Notes under the pieces: model-generated
Told to the model about the DNA's origin: nothing
Databases searched by the model: none
The model's input: only the letters and a program-made list of their open reading frames with translations
Assembly (NCBI GenBank): GCA_964014485.1
Contig: CAXHAT010000046.1
Location: forward strand, 1-43,953
Direction: 5' to 3'
Origin: an uncultured Deferribacteres bacterium
Lineage (GTDB): Bacteria > Zhuqueibacterota > Zhuqueibacteria > Zhuqueibacterales > Geothermadaptataceae
Length of the DNA stretch: 43,953 nt
In this document: piece by piece, positions 7,389 through 17,143 of the stretch
Layout: each line of letters begins with the position of its first letter
How positions within the stretch are numbered: the first letter of the stretch is position 1
Position numbers and translations under genes: made by a program

Positions 7389-9251
7389 TTACTGAAGCGA
7401 CGAAGGTTCGGTGTCACGCAAGAGACGAATCCGAGCACGAGCGTTTTCGAGGAAGATGCTGAGGGGAAAGTCTTTGAGGAGTTTTTCGTAGGTTTCAATG
7501 GCGACGGCGGTATTCTTTTGTTTTTCATAAGCTTTCCCCAATTTAAACATCGCTTCGTCGCCAAAAATGGAAGTGGCGTAGGTTTTCAGAATACGGGCGT
7601 ACGCTTCAACAACGCCTTGCAAATTGCCGGCTCCATTGTGGAGATCGGCCACATCCATCAAGGCCTGCGGCGCTAGCATGGAACCGGGGTAGCGCAGGAT
7701 TAAAGTTTCCAATGTATCGATGGCCGCCGCGTTGTTTCGTCCGCGTTTGTGCTGCAGAAATTCCGCGTACAGCGGCAGCGCCGTCAGGCTGTCGGCGAGG
7801 TTTTGTTCGATGAGTAAGAGAAAATCCAGCGCGTCGTTCACCAGGCTTTTGTCCCCGGCTCGCGCCTTCGGGTCTTCGTCTATTTCTTCCAAATGCCCGA
7901 CTGCTTCCTGGTATTTTCCCCGGCTGAAAGCAATCTCGGCAAAACGCATCCGGACTTCGTTTTCCGTCGCAATGTCGTTGTCCGCCAGAAACGCCGTCGC
8001 CTCGTTGTAGCGCGCCTCGGCCTGCTCAAAATCTCCGAGACGAAATTGCACGTCTCCCAGCGCAATAATCGAAAGCTTCCGGGCCTCGCGGTTTTTGAAA
8101 TTTTGATAAACGCGAGTGTAAACTTCCAGCGCACGTTCGGGCGCATTCATCTGGTTGAGTAAAATGTCGCCCTTGAGCAAATGCGCTCGTAAAACGTAGT
8201 TCGAACGAAAGTTGCCGCCGATAATGCCGTCGAGGCTGGCAATTGCTTTGTCACCCTCGCCCGCCTGCAAGTACGCTTCAGCCAAGCCGTAATTCGCGGC
8301 AACGGCGTAGGGCGAGTGGGGCCAATTGTTAAGCAAGCCTTGCAACGCTTCGGTGGCCACGTCCGGCTTGCCGATTTTGATCATTTCATCGGCGAAATTG
8401 AACACGTCCCGCCCCAGCGTCTTCACGCTGTCCTGCGCGGTTTTCGCGTTTTCTACCTGCACCAGCGCCGTGAGCGCTTCGGAATGCCGGTTCGCTTTCT
8501 TCAAACAATTCGCATAAATCTGCAAAACGCCCTTCGACGGATTCTGAGCCTGTCGCACATGCTTTTGAATTTCGCCGAGAATGTCGTCCTGCGACTCCTC
8601 GTCCATCGCTTGCAGCAACCGGCGCTGCACCGTCGAAGCTTGTCGCGGCGACTGGCCGACGAACTTGAGAAATTCCTGCGTCGCTTCTTTATAGAGCGAA
8701 CGGGAAGCGTAAGCCGTCGCCAATTCCCAGGCAAAGAGCCGTTGATTTTTGAGAAAATCGCGTCCCTTTTTGTAGGTCGAAATCGCCTCGTCGAAGAGAT
8801 TGTTTCGCATGTAAGCGAGCGCAACTTGAGCGTAAGCGCCCGAACTGCGCTTGTAGCGCTGCAACAGCGCCTTCCACGTTTCCTCGGCCTTTTGCTCCTG
8901 CCCGTTTTTGTAGTACGCCGAACCCAAATCCGCCCGCCCGACAATGTCGTCCACGACTTTCAGACGATCTTCGATAAACGTGACGAGTTCGGAAAATCGC
9001 CCCAATCGTTCGAGATTGCGCTTCACGCCGTTGTAGTAAGAACCGTTCGTCGGCTGCTGACGGAAAAGCTCGATGAACTTGGTTGCGGCGCGATCATAAT
9101 ACCCCAGCCGCTCAAAATCCAGCGCCATCTTGTACTCACGATTCACCGCCGGACGCTGGCGTTGCGTTTGGGCTTGAGTGTTGATTGCGAATGTGAAGCT
9201 TAGCGTCAGAAGGACGGCAATTTTGAAGATTCGGAAGGTTGTTTTCATCAA
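7389..9251 (-). CDS. Exported tetratricopeptide repeat protein (BamD/YbgF-like repeats)
   Basis: Signal peptide ending TQA-Q; many TPR units including ..YP.S..A..A motifs. Confidence 0.85.
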   Translation of the reverse strand: MMKTTFRIFKIAVLLTLSFTFAINTQAQTQRQRPAVNREYKMALDFERLGYYDRAATKFIELFRQQPTNGSYYNGVKRNLERLGRFSELVTFIEDRLKVVDDIVGRADLGSAYYKNGQEQKAEETWKALLQRYKRSSGAYAQVALAYMRNNLFDEAISTYKKGRDFLKNQRLFAWELATAYASRSLYKEATQEFLKFVGQSPRQASTVQRRLLQAMDEESQDDILGEIQKHVRQAQNPSKGVLQIYANCLKKANRHSEALTALVQVENAKTAQDSVKTLGRDVFNFADEMIKIGKPDVATEALQGLLNNWPHSPYAVAANYGLAEAYLQAGEGDKAIASLDGIIGGNFRSNYVLRAHLLKGDILLNQMNAPERALEVYTRVYQNFKNREARKLSIIALGDVQFRLGDFEQAEARYNEATAFLADNDIATENEVRMRFAEIAFSRGKYQEAVGHLEEIDEDPKARAGDKSLVNDALDFLLLIEQNLADSLTALPLYAEFLQHKRGRNNAAAIDTLETLILRYPGSMLAPQALMDVADLHNGAGNLQGVVEAYARILKTYATSIFGDEAMFKLGKAYEKQKNTAVAIETYEKLLKDFPLSIFLENARARIRLLRDTEPSSLQ

Positions 9252-9256
9252 ATTTA

Positions 9257-9504
9257 TTTTTTGACTGGATTTACTGGATCAATCGGATTCGCGTTTTCAA
9301 GTAATTTTCTGGTGTTTAGGCAAAAGTTTATAAAACGCAGAGTCGCGAAGAACGCTGAGTATCGCCGAGAAATTTATTTGTGTTAAAAACTCTGCGAAAC
9401 TCTCCGATCTCCGCGTCTTTGCGTTAAGTCATGAAATTGAATGACACACAGGCTTGCTCGGCTCAGAGACCAATCCCGTCGATCCCGTTAATCCTGTCAA
9501 AAAA
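9257..9504. repeat. Nested intergenic inverted repeats
   Basis: Outer 33-nt arms 9257-9289 and 9472-9504 (27/33 complementary); inner AACGCAGAG...CTTTGCGTT element 9334-9425. Confidence 0.75.
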
Positions 9505-9511
9505 CCGCGCA

Positions 9512-12500
9512 TCAATTCTCTTTTTCCTGCGCCTGCAACTCCGCTTTTAACGCTTCAAAATACTTCTGGATCAAAGCCTTGTAATCCCGGCTGTACCCTT
9601 CCTTGAGCGCGCGCAGCAAGTCTTGTTGGATTTTGGTTTTGGCTTCGCCAAGATCATCCGGCAGCGCGCCGGGATTGTCGGCGAGATATTCCTTACCGGT
9701 TTCCGCCTTGCGCTTGCGGCTGTACTCGCGCTGATTCATCGATTTTTTCGCATCGAGCAGACGCGACAAAATGCGTTTTTGCCGATCAATGGTTTGGCGA
9801 TTCACTTGCTTGCGCTGCATGTCCTTCGCGACTTCTTCCATGTCCTTCCCGATTTTATCGAGGCTGCCGAGCATGTCTTTGCGCTGGCCGTGCTCTTTGG
9901 CCAATTCCCGCGCCGCTCTGCGCAACGCTTCCTGACGCGCCGCCAATCTGCCGAGCTGCGCCTGTTGCTGCGGCGTTAAATTGCCGGGATTGTTGCCGAA
10001 CGGCATGGTTTGCCCGTTCAGTCCTTCCTGCTGCCCGGCCATTTTTTCGAGCTGCTCCATCAATTGCTCCATGCCGCCGCCCATGCCCTGGCCGCCCTGC
10101 TCGCCGAGGGATTTCATCGCCGAGCGCAATTGTCCCGCCGCGCCGTCGAGTCCCTGCCGCGATTTTTCCTGCGCTTGCGCCGCCTGCCGTCCGCGTTGGC
10201 CTTCCAACTCGCCGATGGATTTTTGCATGTTTTGCATCGCTTCGCCGAGTTCCTTCATCAACTCCGGCGGCATGAAAAACGACTGCTGTGAAAGCTCGGA
10301 AAGCTGGTTGGTGATTCTCTGCAAGCCGGAAAGCTGGTTTTGCTGTTGATCGGCGGCCTCGCGATGATCTGTCGTCGCCTGCGATTTGCCGCTCAAATCC
10401 TGCGCCAGATTCTCCTGATTTTTCGACAGTTGCAGCAAGTCGCGCATCCCGCGCCGCAGCGCGTTCATCACCTCGGACTTCTGCATTTGCTGCATTTCCT
10501 GCTGCGCCTGGGAAAGCTGGTCGTACATTTTCTGCAAGGACTGTGAAATATTGCCGCCGGACTGCTGCGCCTGCTGATTCTGCTGACGGCGCAACTGCTT
10601 GGTCATACGCTCCATTTCCTGCTGCAATTGCTGACCGTCCGCGATGTCCTCCGCCTTTTTCAAGCGATCTTTCGACAGTCGCATTTGCGGCGTTTCTTCG
10701 GCTTTTTGCTGCAAATCATCCAGCGCTTCCTGCAATTGTGAAAGACTTTCCTGCTGTTTTTGCTGCTGATCCGCCATCTGATTGTTATTATTTTGACTAC
10801 TCTGGGTCGAATCATTATTTGCATTTTTGAGCTGCTCGTTGATCGACTCCTGCCGCTCCATCATTTCCTCGGCGGTTTTGACCGCTTCGTCGAGCCGCTG
10901 CTCCGCCTGCAACTGCTTCAGCAAATTGATGGTTTTTTCCAGGCTTTTCTGAAATTGCTCCTCGGCAAGTTCAAACTGCTCCAGCGCCTTTTGCATTTCC
11001 TCGGGATCGACGTTCTCAACGGCTTTTTGCAGTTTTTCCAAAGCTTCCTGCAATTCCGGCGTGGCGATGTCCTCGATGATATTTTGCAGTTCCTGATATT
11101 TTTCCAGCGTCTCCGGCGAGAGCAGATCGTTCTTTTCGAGATTATCGACCATTTCTTCGAGCTGCTCTTGCACGCTCTCCAATTCGTCCATCATTTCCTG
11201 CTGCGAGCTGGCGCTTTCCTTGATTTTCTGCTTGTCCTCCCACTCCAGCTCGGACTGACGACGCATTTCATTGATCATTTCGTTGATCGTCTCGCGCACC
11301 GCTTCGGTTTCTTCCAGCAATTCTTCGACGGATTCCGTGACATTCTCCTGCCGCTGACGCGACTCGTTGAAAATCTCCGCCATCGATGGAAAACGCAGGC
11401 GGTACGTATTGCTTTTCGCGGCCTTCGGCCCGTTGACCGTGTCGTTGTCGAAAAGCTCGGCGTAATATTCCACCACGTCGTCGGGGAAAAGCGTGAGCTC
11501 GATCAAATCCCACAGCATTTCCGAGCGCAGCTTGCCGTCTTCGGAAAAATAATGCACCGTTTTTCTGCCGCTTGCGCCCTTCGCGCCGTCGGCGGGACGC
11601 ACTTCGTAAACCAGTTCCAGCTTGGAAAAACCAAAATCATCATCGCCGGTAATCACAATCGGCGCTTCCATCGACTCGTCGAGATCAACGTCCTTGCCCG
11701 GCAGAATAATATCAACGACCGGAAATTGATCGGGCACGACGTCGACCTGGTAGGTGATCGGCGAACGGTTGAAGAGCCCGCGCGCGTCGCGCAGAGAAAT
11801 GCGGTACCGGCTTTTTTCTTTCACAATAAACTCGGTTGAAAAACGCCCGGCGATTTCCTGCAAACGGATCGAATCTTTCTCGGCAAAACACAGCCAGCCG
11901 TCCGTCACGGATTTGTTCGGCATAACTTCCACCAAAACGCGCGTGCCCGGCAAAGCGCTGAAACTGCCGATGTTCGGATCGAGCTTTTTGGTTTCCAGCG
12001 CGGTGTAGTCGGGATAATCGAGGGTGAGCTGCAATTCGCGCACATCCGGCAATTCGATCACCGAAACGTCGAAAGTCTCGCTCACGCCGCCGTCGCCGCG
12101 CACGCGGTAGGAAAACGGCTCGGTGATATTTTCAAAAGCGTAGGTGAAATTTCTCGGCGATTTCGCGGTCATCGCCATGGTCTCGGAAAAGCCGGATTGT
12201 TGATATTCAATCACGATTTCGGCTTTTTCCGGCACGCGCTTGATTGCGGTCGCCACGATTTCGAGGCCGTCGCCGCGAATCAATTCCGCATTCCCCGGCT
12301 GAACTTCGAATTCCACCGCTTCGACGACCACGTCTTTTTGCGGATTCAGCAGGGTGTCAAAAGCCCTGGCGTATTGGTGCGAATAAAAGCCGAACGAAGT
12401 TAAAAACAGGGCGAGCGTCACGCCAAGCAGCGCCAGATTGCGCTTGAACAGGCGCGTTTCAATGTTCGACCGAAAATCGAGCTGTTCGGTCTCACGATTG

Positions 12501-12916
12501 ATTTTATCGAACGCCGCCTGCGCCAACTCCTCCGAGGTTCCACGCGCGGATTTCTGATTTTCAATCAATTGAAAAGCGTTGCTGAGCTTGTCCTTGATTT
12601 GCGGAAAGCCGTCGCCGATTTGCAGAGCGACGCGATCGATGGACGGGGAATTTCGTTTCACGGTGAGCGAAAACAGCGGCAGGATCAAATACTTGACCCC
12701 AAGCACGACCAGCGCCAAAGACGCGCCGATGGTCAAAATCCAGCGAAAAACCGGATCGTTCTCGCCGAAAAAATAAAATACCGGCAGCGCCAGCGCGGCG
12801 GTCAAAGCGACGGAAAACAGAAAGGCGCTTTTCTCGAACAGACGGACAAACTTCGACCGCGAGCGGTACGCCTTGATGCGGGCGATAAATTTTGAATAAG
12901 CGTTTTGATCCGACAT
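9512..12916 (-). CDS. DUF4175-family membrane protein with Gln-rich coiled-coil C-terminus
   Basis: Three N-terminal TM segments, Ig-like beta region, DDFG and DND.VNGPK motifs, long Q/E/M-rich helices, C-terminal Y...I..YF..L. Confidence 0.8.
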   Translation of the reverse strand: MSDQNAYSKFIARIKAYRSRSKFVRLFEKSAFLFSVALTAALALPVFYFFGENDPVFRWILTIGASLALVVLGVKYLILPLFSLTVKRNSPSIDRVALQIGDGFPQIKDKLSNAFQLIENQKSARGTSEELAQAAFDKINRETEQLDFRSNIETRLFKRNLALLGVTLALFLTSFGFYSHQYARAFDTLLNPQKDVVVEAVEFEVQPGNAELIRGDGLEIVATAIKRVPEKAEIVIEYQQSGFSETMAMTAKSPRNFTYAFENITEPFSYRVRGDGGVSETFDVSVIELPDVRELQLTLDYPDYTALETKKLDPNIGSFSALPGTRVLVEVMPNKSVTDGWLCFAEKDSIRLQEIAGRFSTEFIVKEKSRYRISLRDARGLFNRSPITYQVDVVPDQFPVVDIILPGKDVDLDESMEAPIVITGDDDFGFSKLELVYEVRPADGAKGASGRKTVHYFSEDGKLRSEMLWDLIELTLFPDDVVEYYAELFDNDTVNGPKAAKSNTYRLRFPSMAEIFNESRQRQENVTESVEELLEETEAVRETINEMINEMRRQSELEWEDKQKIKESASSQQEMMDELESVQEQLEEMVDNLEKNDLLSPETLEKYQELQNIIEDIATPELQEALEKLQKAVENVDPEEMQKALEQFELAEEQFQKSLEKTINLLKQLQAEQRLDEAVKTAEEMMERQESINEQLKNANNDSTQSSQNNNNQMADQQQKQQESLSQLQEALDDLQQKAEETPQMRLSKDRLKKAEDIADGQQLQQEMERMTKQLRRQQNQQAQQSGGNISQSLQKMYDQLSQAQQEMQQMQKSEVMNALRRGMRDLLQLSKNQENLAQDLSGKSQATTDHREAADQQQNQLSGLQRITNQLSELSQQSFFMPPELMKELGEAMQNMQKSIGELEGQRGRQAAQAQEKSRQGLDGAAGQLRSAMKSLGEQGGQGMGGGMEQLMEQLEKMAGQQEGLNGQTMPFGNNPGNLTPQQQAQLGRLAARQEALRRAARELAKEHGQRKDMLGSLDKIGKDMEEVAKDMQRKQVNRQTIDRQKRILSRLLDAKKSMNQREYSRKRKAETGKEYLADNPGALPDDLGEAKTKIQQDLLRALKEGYSRDYKALIQKYFEALKAELQAQEKEN

Positions 12917-12918
12917 GG

Positions 12919-13593
12919 TTATCTCGTCAATGCGTAAATGATGATGTTCGCGCCCATTTGTAACGCTTTTTGGCGCACGGGTTCGGGATCGTTATGCACC
13001 CTCGGATCAGCCCAGCCGTCCGAGATGTTGGTGTTGAACGTGTAAACGGCGATCAGCCTGCCATCATGAAACATGCCAAACGTTTTGCCAGGGCCGCCGT
13101 CGTGCTCATGAATTTTGGGAACGCCGCCGTTGAAAACATAGACGTTGTTAAAAATCTCATGATCAAAAGGAATTTCCACCCACTGCTTTTCAGGAAAGAC
13201 TTTTTTCATTTCGACGCGAAAAAACTTATCCATGCCGTAATCGTCGTCGGCGTAGAGAAAACCGCCGGAGGTCAAATAGAGCCTGAGCCGTTCCGCGTCC
13301 CGGTCGCTGAAATGAATGCGTCCGTGTCCGGTCATGAAAATCACCGGGAAGGAAAACAGCGCATCGTCGGTGAGTTCAACATGGCGCTCTTCATTGGCGC
13401 ATTTGAGCGAGGTGTTTTGGGAAAGAAATTCAAGCAGGTTAGGAATGCAGGAAGGATCATTATACCAATCCCCGCCGCCGCTGTACTTCACCCGTGCAAC
13501 AGTAAACTCGCTGGCGTTCCAGGCGTCCTGAGCTTGTGCGGTTCCGGTTAAAAAGCCAGCGAGAAGAAAAATTATAAAAGTTTGAAATCGCAT
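12919..13593 (-). CDS. DUF4159 domain protein
   Basis: VARVKYSGGGDWY, FMTGHG, GGFLYADDDYG, QMGANI motifs; signal peptide begins at ATG 13593 (ORF track starts at 13650). Confidence 0.88.
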   Translation of the reverse strand: MRFQTFIIFLLAGFLTGTAQAQDAWNASEFTVARVKYSGGGDWYNDPSCIPNLLEFLSQNTSLKCANEERHVELTDDALFSFPVIFMTGHGRIHFSDRDAERLRLYLTSGGFLYADDDYGMDKFFRVEMKKVFPEKQWVEIPFDHEIFNNVYVFNGGVPKIHEHDGGPGKTFGMFHDGRLIAVYTFNTNISDGWADPRVHNDPEPVRQKALQMGANIIIYALTR

Positions 13594-13754
13594 ATTCACA
13601 AATATGAGGAACTTAATTGGACTGTTTTCAAAGCTATTCTCAATGGTCACTACAACTTTCTTTCACATGGCATTTGGATGAATAGTAGCGATTTAATTTA
13701 GTTGGCGTTTCAGATTTGTCAAAATAGATGAAATTAGCAATAGGACTGAAACTG

Positions 13755-14786
13755 CTATTTGTGATACATTTCGCGAATTGTCCGCATGACTTCTTGCGCT
13801 TCAAAAAAATCGGGGTTTAGTTGCAAACATTTTTTTAGATCTGGAATTGCTTTTTTTATCTGTCCTTTATTGCAATTTGCTAAAGCTCTGTTATAAAAAT
13901 AGGCGGCTTTTTTAGGGTTGAGATTTATTGCAGCACTTAGATCATTGATTGCAGATTGATAATTTCTACCACCAACTCCTTTACCTTGCAAGGTACCTCT
14001 ATTAAAAAGAGCTATATCATAGTCTGGTTTGATTTCGAGAGCATTTTCAAAATGCTCAAGAGCCTCTTGTTCTTTTCCAGTTGTACCCAATAATGCGCCG
14101 AGACAACAATGAGCTCGAAAATGTTTTTTATCTCTACGCACACAGCTTTTAAAATCTGATATTGCATTCTGTTCTTTTCCGACAATCGCTGAAGCCAGTC
14201 CCCTTTGAAAATAGGCATCTGCTAGAATAACAGAGCAGGCTCTGAATTTAATAAAGAGATTAATTATGTAGATGCGTCGAGTGCCTATCTTCCTTTTCCA
14301 AACAAATGGTTTTGATAAAGATTCTATCGCCAGCGTTAGACCAACTATTGAGTCATGATGATTACCTGATTTGATTTTGAGCCTTGAGCGCAAGTAGAGA
14401 CTTTTGGCAAAAAGAGCTTCATCCGTCATATAATTTCCAATAACTTTCGAATATGTTTTTATTGCCATTTGAAAGTCATTCTTTTTTTCGAGCTGACGAC
14501 CTAATTCAAATTGTTCTTCCAGTTCTTTGGTGATATTTTCCTTATGACTCTTTCGCTTCTCTGACGTCTCCTTCTCAAAATTCTCATTCTCAAAGTCTGA
14601 CAACTTGAATTTTTTATATTTTGAAGAATTGGAAAAGAGCCTTTTGATTTGTATGACAGTTAGGCCAGCTTGCTTTGCTTCGTTGCAGTACTCCCAAAAT
14701 TTATTTGCCGCATGTAAAGGAGAGTTCGCTTTAATAAAACATTTTCTTCCAAAAACAAGCACCGTATAATAACGCTGTCTTTTCAT
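13755..14786 (-). CDS. Tetratricopeptide repeat protein (AT-rich)
   Basis: AYFQRG, ALEIKPDYDIALFNRG, AINLNPKKAAYFYNRA TPR units. Confidence 0.8.
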   Translation of the reverse strand: MKRQRYYTVLVFGRKCFIKANSPLHAANKFWEYCNEAKQAGLTVIQIKRLFSNSSKYKKFKLSDFENENFEKETSEKRKSHKENITKELEEQFELGRQLEKKNDFQMAIKTYSKVIGNYMTDEALFAKSLYLRSRLKIKSGNHHDSIVGLTLAIESLSKPFVWKRKIGTRRIYIINLFIKFRACSVILADAYFQRGLASAIVGKEQNAISDFKSCVRRDKKHFRAHCCLGALLGTTGKEQEALEHFENALEIKPDYDIALFNRGTLQGKGVGGRNYQSAINDLSAAINLNPKKAAYFYNRALANCNKGQIKKAIPDLKKCLQLNPDFFEAQEVMRTIREMYHK

Positions 14787-14825
14787 TTTTAACCTACAAT
14801 AAAACCAGGGTAAACTTGAAAGAGT

Positions 14826-15416
14826 TTAGTAATTACTAAGGTCAATCATTGGATCCGAATAATCATACAAATTAAAAAAATTTACTTTCAGTCTGTCAAT
14901 ATTACCTAAAAGCAGAAAATATCCAGCTTGAAGCTTGCTCTTGTTTTCTATAATCTTGTAATTGCCACTACACAGTTGATTCACAAATGAATCAGAAATA
15001 TCTTCTAATGCCTCTTCTACTTTTAAAAATTCAATAATCACTTTTAGAAATGTACAATATGATTCTATTTCTGTTTCAGGATATGGTTTATGCCTGAGCC
15101 ATACACCCGCAGGTTTTCTATCAAAAGTGTAAATTAATTTTGCAAAACTATCTTGCAAGTAAGCTCTTGCCTCGACTTCGGGATCGCTTGTATTGGATTC
15201 TGATTGAAATTCAGACAAATTTGAGACATAATAACTTTTTCGCTGTTGATCGGATTCGTCAAAATCATCCAATTGGTAGTGTTTAGTTTCTGTTGTGCTA
15301 TAGATTTTAATCTTCTCATTACAATTTTTGCAATTTACATATACATCATTCCGTGGTGTATACTCTATAGTTTCAACATAAGGGGTTTTACAGCGCTCAC
15401 AACGACCTACGAACAT
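14826..15416 (-). CDS. Hypothetical protein with N-terminal zinc ribbon
   Basis: CERC-x19-CKNC; RBS GGGAG. Confidence 0.6.
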   Translation of the reverse strand: MFVGRCERCKTPYVETIEYTPRNDVYVNCKNCNEKIKIYSTTETKHYQLDDFDESDQQRKSYYVSNLSEFQSESNTSDPEVEARAYLQDSFAKLIYTFDRKPAGVWLRHKPYPETEIESYCTFLKVIIEFLKVEEALEDISDSFVNQLCSGNYKIIENKSKLQAGYFLLLGNIDRLKVNFFNLYDYSDPMIDLSNY

Positions 15417-15418
15417 AT

Positions 15419-15592
15419 CTAAATGCTCCCTTTTTTATTTTGTATTGCAAAAATCTCTGCGATTTGATCCTTTTTTTCATCAGTGGTAATTTTGCCGTAC
15501 CCCGCCAATGCCGCCGCCTTTCCCAGAGAAACCTTCCTTTCACGGAATAATTTGAGCGCAGCGGAGAACGAAATTTTTTCAGGAGAATTCAT
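15419..15592 (-). pseudogene. UPF0175-family antitoxin remnant
   Basis: Manual translation MNSPEKISFSAALKLFRERKVSLGKAAALAGYGKI matches ILFSSALQLYRKRKLSLGKAAELAGYTKI of the gene at 18247-18528. Confidence 0.7.
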
Positions 15593-15594
15593 CT

Positions 15595-15948
15595 TTAAAT
15601 CTGCTCAAAAGGCTTTGAAAAATCCCACAGCGTTTCCGGCGCAATATCAATATTTCTCGGCCAAACAACCGTGCCCAAAGAAACCCTTGTCTTCATAAAT
15701 AGCGGCGAACCCTTGAGCTTGGCAAAAGGCCTTTTGTCCAAAAACGGCTTCATGGCAAACACCCGCTTTTCATTATTCTCAAAAACAAGAGACGATGTGT
15801 TGTCTGCGCGCGGTTCAACGCGAATCACTTCATCGACCGTATTGCCCTGGAACGTAATAACATCGCGGGTATTGATCGCTTCGCCATGAAAAACAATGGC
15901 GTCATCGTCGAACTCGACCTCGGCGAGATAGCCTTTGTACTGCATCAT
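15595..15948 (-). CDS. Chimeric ORF: HicB-family N-terminus fused to a DUF2442 domain
   Basis: MMQYKGYLAEVEFDDDAIVFHGEAINTRDVITFQGNTVDE (HicB-like) joined in frame to VIRVEPRAD...GTVVWPRNIDIAPETLW (DUF2442). Confidence 0.7.
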   Translation of the reverse strand: MMQYKGYLAEVEFDDDAIVFHGEAINTRDVITFQGNTVDEVIRVEPRADNTSSLVFENNEKRVFAMKPFLDKRPFAKLKGSPLFMKTRVSLGTVVWPRNIDIAPETLWDFSKPFEQI

Positions 15949-15968
15949 GATCCTGTTCCTGCTGATTA

Positions 15969-16232
15969 TCACGCCGCCTTCAATTGAGAAATAGGAACGC
16001 CGTCATTTAAAATGGCGAACCAGGATGTGTCGGCGCCATTTGGCCAGGCAATAAAAAGCTTGTCTTCCGAAATTCGACCTTGCTTGAAAAATGCCAAATC
16101 ACGCAGAGGCTGAAAAATTGGCAGTTGAAGATCTTCGCTGAGATTGATGAGTCTAATCTGACCGTCTTCAAACTGAGTGACCATGTTGTAATGGTCGTCA
16201 AAAACCACGGATTTTATTCGTATTACGTCCAT
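15969..16232 (-). CDS. DUF2442 domain protein (putative antitoxin)
   Basis: QFEDG, IFQPLRDLAFF, IAWPNGAD motifs; TAATG coupling with the upstream DUF4160 gene puts the start at 16232. Confidence 0.8.
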   Translation of the reverse strand: MDVIRIKSVVFDDHYNMVTQFEDGQIRLINLSEDLQLPIFQPLRDLAFFKQGRISEDKLFIAWPNGADTSWFAILNDGVPISQLKAA

Positions 16233-16498
16233 TACAAACCCTCGATTTGGTTCAAAGCTAAACCTCTTGTGGAACTTTCCCAATTTTTTAACAGCTCATT
16301 AAGTCTGAGCATACGCCAGTTCTGAACTTTTTTCATGATTTTCGCAGGCAATTGACCGGCGTAAACTTCGCCGGTTTCGATATCAATGACAGCAACAGCC
16401 CCTTGATATTCGGCGTGAAAATGTTTTGCGTGACGTCTTTTCGAATGCCGGTACTCCATGTATATGGAAATTCCGTGAAATATGCTTACCGTTGGCAA
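16232..16498 (-). CDS. DUF4160 domain protein (putative toxin)
   Basis: MPTVSIFHGISIYM...HFHAEY...G.LP...W...ELLKNW; TTG start. Confidence 0.85.
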   Translation of the reverse strand: MPTVSIFHGISIYMEYRHSKRRHAKHFHAEYQGAVAVIDIETGEVYAGQLPAKIMKKVQNWRMLRLNELLKNWESSTRGLALNQIEGL

Positions 16499-16592
16499 AT
16501 CTTAGCCTTTTCTATATTCTCAAGCTCCATACATTTATTAAAATTAGGAAGTGCTCCGTCAAAACCAACTCCAAATTACAGTGGTTTCAATT

Positions 16593-16733
16593 CTATGGGA
16601 GGTTCTTCAAGGGAATTTCAATAAATTCAATTTTGCCACAGCCCGTCAATTCCGCCGCCTTTCCCAGAAAAACTCTCCTTTCACGGTATAATTTGAGCGC
16701 GGCGGAGAACGAGATTTTTTCAGGAGAATTCAT
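16593..16733 (-). pseudogene. UPF0175-family antitoxin remnant (second copy)
   Basis: MNSPEKISFSAALKLYRERRVFLGKAAELTGCGKIEFIE; part of the 341-bp duplication. Confidence 0.7.
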
Positions 16734-16735
16734 CT

Positions 16736-17020
16736 TTAATTCTGCTCAAAAGGCTTTGAAAAATCCCACAGCGTTTCCGGCGCAATATCAATATTTCCCG
16801 GCCAAACAACCGTGCCCAGAGCAACCCTTGCCTTCATAAACAGCGGTGCCCCCTTGAGCTTGGTAAAAGGCTTTTTGTCTAAATACGGTCTCATGTCAAA
16901 AAGCCGTTTTTCTTTATTTTCAAAAACAAGCGACAACGTGTCGTCTGCACGCGGTTCAACGCAAATCACGTCCAATAGCTCTGGCATTTTTTCGTTCGGG
17001 GTCAATTTAACATTTTCCAC
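16736..17020 (-). CDS. DUF2442 domain protein
   Basis: LVFENKEKRLFDMRPYL...GTVVWPGNIDIAPETLW. Confidence 0.85.
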   Translation of the reverse strand: MENVKLTPNEKMPELLDVICVEPRADDTLSLVFENKEKRLFDMRPYLDKKPFTKLKGAPLFMKARVALGTVVWPGNIDIAPETLWDFSKPFEQN

Positions 17021-17048
17021 AACTTGTCATCGCTCTAAACTACGCTCA

Positions 17049-17143
17049 AAAGCAGCCTGAAAGCTGGACTACAAGCGACGGTGCTTCCCAACGCTCTGAG
17101 TAGAAGAAAGCATTGTCGTTTGTAGTCCACGCTTTAGCGTGTT
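17049..17143. repeat. GTAG-type REP doublet (REPIN-like hairpin)
   Basis: GGACTACAAGCGAC...GTCGTTTGTAGTCC inverted arms; GTAG followed by the small hairpin CACGCTTTAGCGTG; near copy at 18580-18677. Confidence 0.7.

Larger units (their letters stand above)
15488..16969. repeat. Diverged 341-bp direct repeat (15488-15828 and 16629-16969)
   Basis: Constant offset of 1141 at both ends and internally; each copy holds a DUF2442 body plus a UPF0175 remnant. Confidence 0.9.

Noticed and set aside
8316..9203. 295-aa plus-strand ORF
   Set aside because: Antisense shadow of the TPR gene; no recognisable motifs.
10760..11839. 359-aa plus-strand ORF
   Set aside because: Antisense shadow of the Q/E-rich DUF4175 gene.
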